From Geosiphon pyriformis uo1 (lineage: Eukaryota; Fungi; Glomeromycota): a stretch of 64,000 nucleotides of DNA. Where the stretch lies: the NCBI GenBank assembly GCA_016748015.1, contig JAAOMT010000222.1:747924-811923 (forward strand), read 5' to 3'. Under the pieces are notes generated by a model. The model was not told the origin of the DNA, ran no database searches, and saw only the letters and a list, made by a program, of their open reading frames with translations. The position numbers and the translations under genes are program-made. Positions 26,464-36,675 of this stretch are shown piece after piece (the stretch's first letter is position 1; every line of letters starts with the position of its first letter).

Positions 26464-27537
26464 TGTTATAGGTAAACTTGGTGGGTATGAGAAATGGTAA
26501 TGTTTGGTGCTCTTAATTATTGATGATGCATCTTCCGCGTAATTCTGTTGGCTTAGTCTTGATTATCTATTCCTGGATGTGAATTTTACCTGTTGAGTTC
26601 TTTGGATATAAGACACAGAGTTTGTTTTTCGTCGATTGCAACATTTTTCGTAAATGTGAGCTTTTTTCTCCAAGCTAACAAGCACAGTCATTAGGGTCTG
26701 GCATTGTCTTTTCACCCTTCTGGTAAGCTAACAAGATAATGTTAATATCCAAAACTTAGGAGGAGCTTCCCTTTTTTACCAGACTATCATGAAGTCTATT
26801 CCCAGACAGTCAATTTTACTATGTTGCCACTCCACAAAAAATAAGACAGAAAAAGAAAAAAAAAAGAAAAGAAAAGAAAAGAGAGAAAAAATAAATTAAT
26901 ATTGTCAATCGCCGTGATTAAGAGCGATTGGTCCAAATCGTTAATAGGTTCAAGGTGGTTATGCTAAGAGCATCTGTTCTAGAATAGAGGTACAAGACAA
27001 GGGTTAATTCACATAAATTTCACGAAGTTTGAGAACATGAATTCATGATTCTGATTTCTTTTAATAATTGGTTTATTTCAGGAGATGAAATAGGGAAGAT
27101 AATAAAGGATGAAAGGGTATGGATATTTTAATTTCTGGTCTAGAGGTTCATATCTATTTTTTTTCTCTCTGTCTTTTCTCACTTCTACAACTACTTGCTT
27201 TTATACATTCTTTTGGTTTTACAGGATTGCTTTCAATTGTCTTGCTATCACTAGCTATTGCTTTGTTGTTTCTGTTATTGCTTTGTTTTTTTACATTATT
27301 ACTAGTTATTCTATGTTATAACACGTTATCTGACATTATTACATGTTATTCTGTGTTATCCTATGTTATAACACGTTATCCTACGTTATTGTGCGCTATT
27401 CTGTGTTATCCTGCGTTATAACACGTTATCCAATATTATAATGCATTATCCAATGTTATTGTACGTTATTCTGTGTTATGTCACGTTTTGGTCATGTTTC
27501 TTTATAACTTTGGATTGGTTTTTCTACTCAGGTAACA
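26464..27537 (-). repeat. 3' LTR of element A (1074 bp)
   Basis: TGTTAT...GTAACA termini; direct repeat of 35598-36675; PPT AAAAAGAGAGAGATAA (minus strand) at 27538-27553. Confidence 0.95.
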
Positions 27538-30500
27538 TTATCTCTCTCTTTTTAAAATTGAGCTCCTGTGAAACCATATGTATCTGTTATCATGGCTTCA
27601 TTCGTGTAATGTTCGATTGTTGTCTCTAGTATTGCCTTTTGTAGGTCTTCGAACTGTTGATTGGTTATTTGTCCTATGCTGTTAACCATTATGGTTTTCA
27701 TAGATCCATTTAGTAGTACATTTGGGCAATGTTGGAAGGCGGCATATAGTCAGTATGCTGCTTTGTAATGTAAGGTCAGATTGTTTTTCCTTATGAATTT
27801 TTCTATTTGTTGTATTGCTTCTTTGTTGAACATTTTCTGGCTGAGGTCTTCATATAGTGTTTTCAAGTCAAGCTGTTCTCCAATTTTGTAGAACCAATAA
27901 GCTGGAGGAAGTCTTTTTTTCTATTTCTGGGCATTGTCAGATGTCTACTCCCCTGTTTCGGGGAGTTCAGTCTCACGAGCTAAAGCTTCTTTTATTTCTT
28001 CGAGCTCGGAAACTAAGTATCTTCTTTTGTAATCTTTTTCTCGTTCTTTGTCTCCTTTTTTTCCTCCCCCTTGCCCGAAGACAATTTTTCCTCCCACATT
28101 GCCTTTCAGGTGGTAGATAGGGGAGAGAACATTTAATTCTAATTGAACTCTTATCCTCCCCTTTCCTGCTCTTATCTTTGTACCATATTTCTTTTTTATC
28201 AATTGTTATTTCTATTTGAGATGTTGATTTTTAAATTGTTTCAAATAATTGTTTAGATAATTTTAAAATTTGATCTGAAAGGTCCATGTTGAAATTTCTA
28301 TTGTTTCTTACTGCTTTTCGGATGCTATATATATTTGAATTCCCCAATTTAATTTGCTGCCTGTTGTCTGTGTTTCGATGATGATGATTGGTTTCAGATC
28401 TTGTGGTATATCTTCTGGTCTGATTAATGAAATTTGTGTTTCTAGTTGAGGTACTGATGACGATAATTCCTGTTTTACATGATAAATTTTTAACCAATTT
28501 CCATGCACTACTTTCTTTAAAATCCTGTCTTCTAATCATAATTTGTAAGCTCCATTTCCTAACGCTTCGTGTATGTGGAATAGACTGTCCCACTTTGGGT
28601 TGAACTTTCCACTCCACTGTTTCTCAGTTTTTGTACAATGTAACAGTACTTAGTCTCCAATCTTGAATTCCATTGGTTGTTCTGATAGGTGTTTATCATG
28701 TCTTTCTTTTTGTCATTCTTGAGCATGACTAATATTGCCAGCTGCTGTTCTTTGATTGTTTTCCAATGTTTTCATTAGCTGGTACATTCTTTGGTGTAAG
28801 GTAGTCTCAAAATTCTCTTCATTGATTGTTTTTGTTGGGTATGATGGTATCACTCGTTCAATCAGTAACGTAGCTTTTCTTTCATAGACTAGTTCGAACA
28901 GTGTAAATTGAGTCATATTTTGTTTCAATGTTCAGTATGCAAAAAGTACAGAAGGTATGAATAAGTTCCATTCTTGTCTGTTTTCATGACTTATTTTTGC
29001 TAATGCTTTGCATAGTGTTCTGTTAAATTGTTTTACCAGTCCGTTTGTTTGTGGGTGGTATGGTGATGATAAGGGTCTCTTTATTCCAAACCGTTGGCTT
29101 AGTTCTGTCAGTGTATTATTAACGAAGTGTGTTTCCTGATCAGATAATAATTTTTTCAGACATCCATGTCAGCAAATTAGGTCTTGATGCACAAATTTGG
29201 CAACTGTTTTGGCATTGGCCACTTGGATTGCTTTGGCTTCTGACCATTTTGTAAGATAGTCTATGGTTACAGCGATATAGCAATTTCCTTGGGATGTAAT
29301 TAAAAGAGGTCCAACCAAATCGATTCTGATTTTATCAAATGGATTTCCAACTAAAATGGGTCAAAGTGGTTCTGTTGATCTTGCTTCTTCTCTTCACTGG
29401 CATGTGTCACAATTGAGCACGTATTCAAAAATGTCTTTGTGCATTGTTGGCCAATAAGATAAGTTTAGTGTTCTTTCGAGGGTAGCATCTTTGTTAAAGT
29501 GTTCTGCAGTCAGATCTGAGTGCACACTATATAGTATAGTTTCTCTTTTACTGTCTGTAATTAGTTGTTGTGGGTTGGGGTGGTTTCGGTGTTCTTGTCA
29601 ATATAGTTGGTTGTCTTGAATAAAATAATTTCGGGCTTGTTTTCATATGGTACTCTGTTCCTGTTGAGATAATATCTCCTTGAAACGTAGTGTCGATAGG
29701 TACTGATGTAGTCATTAATAAGTGAGTGTGTCTATGGGTCTGGGATTAGGTTTGTGGCATCCTTGACAAACTGTCAGCATTGGTGTTCTTGGATCCTTCC
29801 TTGTAATGAACTTTGAGTGAGAATTGTTGTAGATAAGTACTCTATCTCGCATATTTTCCTTCTAGTTGTGGATTGTTGAGTAACCAAATAAGTCCTTTGT
29901 GGTCGGTATATAGGTCAAATGGTTAACTGAAGTAATGTTTCCAAGTCTGTATGGCCCAATAAATGGTGAGACATTCCAGATCTGTTGTGCTGTAATTTTT
30001 TTCTGCTGGGCTAGTGCTGCGACTAGTGTAGGCAATTGGGTGTTCTCTATTGTCCAGTCCTATCTGTGATAAGACTGCTCCTAGAGCATTTTTCGAAGTG
30101 TCCATAGCGACAATGAACTGTTTAGTGAAATCTGGGTAAATCAAGATTGGAGATGTGATCAATTGCTGCTTGAGATAATCGAATGTTCTCTGTTGATCTT
30201 TCTTCCACAAGTACAGTACGTATTTGGACAACAATTGATGGAGTGGTTTTGCAATGTTCAAGAAACCTTTGACAAATTAACAATAATATCCTGCTAATCC
30301 TAGAAATCCTCGTAATTCTCTGAGGTTGATTGGGGCTGGAAAATTCTTGACTTTTTGTACTTTATTTGGATCAAGTTTAATTCCGTCCTTGTTGATTACA
30401 TGTCTTAGGAATTTTAACTCGGTTTTTCCAAAGAATTACTTCTCGGGATTGAGTTTCAATCTGGCACTATAAAAGCATTCAAAAACTTGTTGCAGGTGGA

Positions 30501-31569
30501 GCAGATGGTCTTCAAATGTTTCAGAGAACACATTTGTGTCGTTTAGGTAGACTACTACTGATTTCCAAAGGATTCTTTTGTATACTACATTCATCAGGTG
30601 TTGAAATGTGGCAGGAGCATTACAAAGTCCAAAAGGCATTATGTTAAACTCGAAGTTTTTGTCTCGAGTGGTAAATGCTGTTTTTCCTTTGTCTTTGGGA
30701 TCCATTTCAACTTGCTAGTAACTATTTGCTAAATCTAATGACGAGAACCATTTCTTTTTTTCTAAATTGTCCAGAATTTCCTGGATGAAGGAAATGGGAT
30801 AACTATCTCCTCATGTGACACTATTTAGTTTTTGATAATCTACGCAGAATTACACTTTTCCGTTTTTCTTGGTGACCAAGACTACTGGCGAGGACCAAGG
30901 GCTTAACAATTCTTTGATTAGGCCATTATCAAGCATCCATTGCACTTTTTGCTTAATTAGGTTATTGCCAGATAGAGGTGTGCAGTAAGCTCGTTGCTTA
31001 ATTAGTCGAGCATCTCCTGTATTAATCTAATGCTTCACGATGTCAGTGCGTCTGAACTCATTTTTACTGGCAAAGACATTGGCATACTGATTCAGAAGGA
31101 CTTTGAGTTGCATTTGTTGCAGGATACTTAAATTTCCTAAATTCAATTTATTAATCTCTTTTGATGTGAACAAGTAACTTTCTTTTGGCAAATTCTATAC
31201 TTGTGAGGTAATGTCACAGAATAAGAATAATTGTGTGAAATCTGGAATGGACTGGAGTTTTTCAGGATTCTGACTATCTGCAGATATGGAACTGACGAGG
31301 GTCCCTTCGGGGATTTTAATGACATCTTCTGTCGGGTTGTGGATGGAAATTTTGAAGTGTTTATAGGCTTTGGCTGGTAAGTATAGATTAACAACATTGG
31401 CTAGGGAACAGATTTCGGGACTGGCTTCGAATAATAGGGCTTGATCTTGGATCTTTTGATTCACCTTGAGGATGTATTGTCAGTATGAGGGAATGGAGAT
31501 GACAGTGTCGGTGTGGATAAATTCTACCTGGTCACTGTCTTCCTCCGTGAAATTAACTGGTATGTTTCC

Positions 31570-31995
31570 TCTTCCACTTGATCCAAATCTGTTGATTCCT
31601 CGGGCAGTGAGGCCTAACTCTTCTCAGGTTGTTACTAGGGTTAATTGGGGTATTTTGACTAGGGGTAGGAAGATAGCTTGGGCAATTTTTTCTTGTGATT
31701 CTATTTTGTAGGGTCTGTTCGAATTGTTCTGTAACATCATGATGATGTTTCCCATGTAACCAGCATTGATGATTCCTTCTTTTATGTCAATTCCTTTCTT
31801 GGTTAGACTAGATCAAGAGGCAACTTATACCATTGTACTAACAGGAATTTCTAATGCTATCTTAAGATCTATTTTTACAAGGGAATGTGAGGCTATAATA
31901 ATGGGTGATTGTCCGGGATATCATAGGTCAAAACTGGCATCGGTGTCATGCGCTCTTTTGGGGCAGATTTCTTCCTCATTGTTACTGTACCATTT
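31570..31995 (-). pseudogene. dUTPase domain inside the Gypsy polyprotein (element A)
   Basis: Trimeric dUTPase motifs in order: 'PKRAHDTDASFDL', 'AS(R)SSL', 'GIINAGYMGNI', 'EKIAQAIF', 'RGINRFGSSG'. Same frame as protease and RT. Confidence 0.9.
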
Positions 31996-34900
31996 TAGCT
32001 CTAGTTCTTTGGAAAGGTCGGAATACGTGAGATACTGTTCTGTTTCGGTATCCTCAGTTGGATCTTGAAATGACATGTCTTCAGTGATCAATATCTCTTT
32101 TTCGGGTTCAGGTGGTTCGGTGATTGGAAACAGTATTCTTGGAGGTGGATTGAACATAAGATTACATTCATCACAGTACTGGAAGTAACAGGGGATCAAA
32201 CAGTGATCGCATAGTTTGGTATTTAAATCGGCCAACCTTTGCTCCTGTTCTTCGCAAGTCGGGGCCAATTCCTGATATCAGTTCTGAAATGTGTCTGGGT
32301 CATCTGTAAAGAAATCATCTTCAGGGTAGTCGGGTCCAGTATATTCGGGCGTCCAAGAGTTGTCCTTAATTTCTCGTATTTCTTCGGTTGTGGCGCCTTT
32401 GGCCTTGGCACTTGCCATTCTCCAGATTTCATGATCATCATGTGGATAACCGTCTAATTTGTTGAGTGTTCGTTTTCAAGTGTCCTCAATGGGGGTTCCC
32501 TTTCATATCCAATTGTTGATTAATATGATGTATTGACAAGCCTCGTTGCATGTTCCTCCTCTGCCAGACACATCATTTCAAAGTCCTTCATCTGGCAGGA
32601 TTTCGCCACATGTGAGGCACGGCGTGTGATCCCATTTGTCTTGTCATTTTGGTCGTCCAAATCTTTTTAGTAAATAAGACCTGCAATAGTATTTGGTGGC
32701 AGTGGGCCATTCTTCGTTGTCCCTGATACATGTGCCCATATAGGATAGTTTTTTTCCACAATCGACACATATTAGTCTTGGGGGTTAATAAAATAAGTTT
32801 TTTTGGTCTGAGGTTACGTATCCTAGTGATAATGATTGGAGTTCTTCTTCGGCTCTGCCTTTTCCTTTTTCTTCCCAGGTTGGTGATGGGGGTAGTTCAG
32901 TTCAATAATCATCCACCTATGAAACCTGATAGGTCTTAATGGTTGGTGGCATTGATGTGTCTTCAAATTCAATAAGGGATTCCTGGGTACGTTGGTTTTT
33001 AAAGTGTCTGCACGTAGCTGGGACTTGGGCATGCTGTCCGTTGAACGTGAGTTGAAGTTCTTGGGTGTTCCAGTCGAGAACAGCATTGGCTTTTGACAAC
33101 CAGTTGTTTCCTACTAGAGCTTGATATTGAGTAGCTTTCATAACGAGTACTTTGGTAGGGATTTGGATTCCATTAATCTCGAAGAAGAAGTTGTCAATTT
33201 CTCCTATCGGGATTTTTGTGTTCCTATCCGCTGTAATGATCTGGGCAGTAGCAGCACGGTCTATTTGGCGACCTAGTTGGTCCATGAGCTGTTTCGTGAT
33301 TATGCTACCAGCTGATCCGCTATCCAGGATTAATTTAATGTCTATTCCTCCGACTCTGGCATTGGTGTATAGGGCCGTTATTGGTTTATCCTGATTGATG
33401 GCTGCTCTACTAAAAAGGCTATATGTGTTCAAATTATTGATTTCAAAAGGAAATATGGTGGCTAGGGTGGTGTATTCGGTAATAGTGGCTGGTGGAATAT
33501 TGCTTTTTGTTTGCTTGGAAGGTTGGGAGATTTGTTCTATATCCCCCCCTTCCACAGGTGTAGATTTATCAAAACCCTGGTCTTCCATAAGACCGAGATA
33601 GGAAGCTTGATTCGGGTATCCAGTTGGTGTTGGTCGAGATTGGGCAGGACTGCAAGGAATTGGTCGAGACAGTCCACTGTTGGTTTGCACCTGATTGTTG
33701 TTGGGATTTCTCCATCCCTGATTATAGTCTATAGCTTGAGGTCTGGACAGGCTGTAAGGGGAAGTTTGATAGTGAGGGATTGCTTGTGTCATTGGTGGTG
33801 GTTGATAATAATTCTGGGGTGGTGGTTAAGTGTATGGAACTTGTTGTGCATATAGGGATGGTTGATTCTAAGATATAGAATATTGGGATACCATGTTTTG
33901 CTGATATCTGGGTTGCTGGTATGGGTTTCCTTGATTTTGGTCCATGATCTTCCTTCTGCAGTCACAGACAATGTGTCCAGGTTTCTGGCAGTAGTAGCAG
34001 TTGCAAAGATCGGATTTCCAAGGTTGTTGCTGTTGCTGATAGTTTTGTTGCTGTAGGTATCTGCTGTTGTTGTTATTTTCTTTCCATTGGGATGATTGGT
34101 AAGTTCCTGTAGTTCCGGCTAAGAATCCCTCAATTTTCTGAGTTAGTTTCTCACTCAATTGGGTTATCTTTGCATCGATGTCAGAGGTTCCGTTAATGGC
34201 TAAATTAACAGTTTGGGTATGGTTCACTTCTTGTTCTGCAGACTCAAAATTGTGAGCAAGAGTGATGGTGTCTTGTAAACTGGTCAAATGGTGGGGTCTT
34301 ACAAATCTTAGAATACTACTCCGCAATCCTTTAATGAATTGATTAAGAACTTGCGCTGCAGTGTAGTAGTCCCTTTTGATAGCTAATATTTGATGCAGGA
34401 TTTGATTAAATTGTCCAAGATAAGTAGTTACTACTTCATAATCTTTTTGTTTAATTATGCTGAATTGATTCTGCAATTAGATTAATATATTGGGATCACA
34501 GAAGTATTGCAGAAATGCGAGTTTAAACTTAGTAAAGGAGGTAGGCTTCTCTGCCAGACTTTGGTACCACGAATTGGCAGTTTTGGTCAGAAAAAATGGC
34601 AGTGCCTGAACTGTGCAGTCATCATTCCAACCATTAGTAGTAATTGCTTTCTCGATGTCTGCGATCCAAAAATATGCATTATCTTTTTCACCAAAGAATT
34701 TTTCCAATTTAGCGATATCCCAGTAAGCCATAATCCGGTTAATGGGTGAAGTGTTACTGGTTATGTTTAAAGGGATTGGTGTCTGCGTATTCGAGTGTTC
34801 TCTGGGTGCTAATGCTGGTTGCTTTCTTTTGTTGCTTAAACCAATAGGTTGTAAGATAGCTGTTTCTTTCATCAGGGGAGATGCTGATTCTGCTAGGTTT

Positions 34901-35577
34901 TGTGCTGGTGGCTGTTTCCAAGTTGACGGGTTTTCTTCTGTTTGACTGGCTGCTGGGGTAAGATTTCCAAACAGCGATCTGTATTCTCCTAGTGATTTGG
35001 TCCAACTGTGTTGATTCCAAGGGTGTGGATTTCCAGGAGTTTGTGGTGTTTCCAACTGGGTTTCCAGGGGTGGGTTGAATACAATTCTACTTTGGGGTGT
35101 CTGATGGTATAATAGAGTTGTTGAAAAGAGAACCCTTGGTTTCTTGTTGACCATGGACTTGGCTTGGGCAGTTACAAAGTTGTTGGATTTGTTTTCATAT
35201 TCTTCAGGATTGAATTCCACTGGTTGTTGTACTTGAGGGAATCGTTGTGCCATGTAATATTTAATGTCTGTATTGATTATGTACAGAGTTTCAACGATTG
35301 CTTGGGTAGTCATGGCTGTTGAGTACCCTAGTAAGCTTTGATGGATTTGTTCTCCAAGTCTTCCTGTATCAGTTGCGCAGCCTAATAAGCAGTCAATTTT
35401 TGCATTGATATAGTTACAAAAATCATTTTCTGCATAAGCGGTTCCTGCTGGTATTCCTAGGTCTTTTCAAAAGTATTAAAATAGTGCTTTTCTGTACAAG
35501 GAGTGGTTCTTTCCTATTGTTCCAATAGTCACCACTTTTATGTATTTTTGGGGGTGTTCTGTTTCTGTGGATTTATA

Positions 35578-35595
35578 ACCTCACAGGGAGCACCA
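35578..35595 (-). promoter_or_regulatory. Primer binding site TGGTGCTCCCTGTGAGGT of element A
   Basis: Starts with TGG 2 nt after the 5' LTR end; complementary to a tRNA 3' end ...CCTCACAGGGAGCACCA. Confidence 0.88.
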
Positions 35596-35597
35596 AA

Positions 35598-36675
35598 TGT
35601 TATAGGTAAACTTGGTGGGTATGAGAAATGATAATGTTTGGTGCTCTCAATTATTGATGATGCGTCTTCTGCGTAATTCTGTTAGCTTAGTCTTGATTAT
35701 TAGTCTCTGAAGGTCTATTTCTGGATGTGAATTTTATCCATTGAGTTCTTTGGATATAAGGCACAGAGTTTGTTTTTCGTCGATTACAACATTTTTTGTA
35801 AATGTGAGCTTTCTTCTCCGAGCTAATAAGTGTAATTGTTAGGGTCTGGCGTTGTCTTTTTGCCCTTCTGGTAAGCTAACAAGATAATGTTAATATCCAA
35901 AACTTAGGGGGAGCTTCTCTTTTTTACCAGGCTATCATGAAGTCTATTCCCAAACAGTCGATTTTACTATGTTGCCACTCCACAAAAAATAAGACAGAAA
36001 AAGAAAAAAAAAGAAAAAGAAAAGAAAAGAAAAGAAAAGAGAGAAAAAATAAATTAGTATTGTCAATCGCCGTGATTAAGAGTGATTGGTCCAAATCGTT
36101 AATAGATTCAAGGTGGTTATGCTAAGAGCATCTGTTCTAGAATAGAGGTACAAGACAAGGGTTAATTCATATAAATTTCACGAAGTTTGAGAACATGAAT
36201 TCATGATTCTGATTTCTTTTAATAATTGGTTTATTTCAGGAGATGAAATAGGGAAGATAATAAAGGATGAAAGGGTATGGATATTTTAATTTCTGGTCTA
36301 GAGGTTCGTATCTATTTTTTTTCTCTCTGTCTTTTCTCACTTCTACAACTACTTGCTTTTATACATTCTTTTGGTTTTACAGGATTGCTTTCAATTGTCT
36401 TGCTATCACTAGCTATTGCTTTGTTTTTCTATGTTATCACTAGTTATCCTATGTTATAACACATTATCTGATATTATTATATGTTATTCTGTGTTATTCT
36501 GCATTATAACATGTTATCCTACGTTATTGTGCGCTATTTTGTGTTATCCTGTGTTATAACACATTATCCAATGTTATAATGCATTATCCAACATTATTGC
36601 GCATTATTCTGTGTTATGTCACGTTTTGGTCATGTTTCTTTATAACTTTGGATCGGTTTTTCTATTCGGATAACA
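35598..36675 (-). repeat. 5' LTR of element A (1078 bp)
   Basis: TGTTAT...ATAACA termini; direct repeat of 26464-27537. Confidence 0.95.

Larger units (their letters stand above)
26464..36675 (-). mobile_element. Full-length Ty3/Gypsy LTR retrotransposon (element A, family 1) with dUTPase; inactivated by nonsense transitions
   Basis: Paired LTRs, PBS, PPT, 4-bp TSD (ATGC/ACAC). gag with CCHC 'CYYCQKPGHIVCDC', protease 'LILDSGSAGS', dUTPase, RT 'MPFGLCNAPATF...YLND', RNase H 'DTSKNALGAVL...EKNYSTTDLE', integrase HHCC, DDE core and GPY/F region. Confidence 0.96.

Noticed and set aside
27109-27629. Hydrophobic ORFs in LTRs (e.g. MDILISGLEV..., also 36277..36459) as possible env or membrane peptides
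   Set aside because: Antisense to the element, arise from T-rich and tandem-repeat LTR sequence, and lengths and stops differ between LTR copies.
28308-28520. Chromodomain at the integrase C-terminus
   Set aside because: After the GPY/F region the sequence lacks the aromatic-cage (YLVKW.G) signature.
31195-31560. Possible second dUTPase copy after the first
   Set aside because: Beta-rich linker ('IHNPTEDVIKIPEGTLV') lacks the catalytic motifs and resembles ordinary Gypsy PR-RT linkers; cannot be supported without an HMM search.
35578-35595. tRNA gene
   Set aside because: Only an 18-nt match to a tRNA 3' end including CCA; this is the PBS, with no cloverleaf. No rRNA or tRNA genes were recognised in the window.
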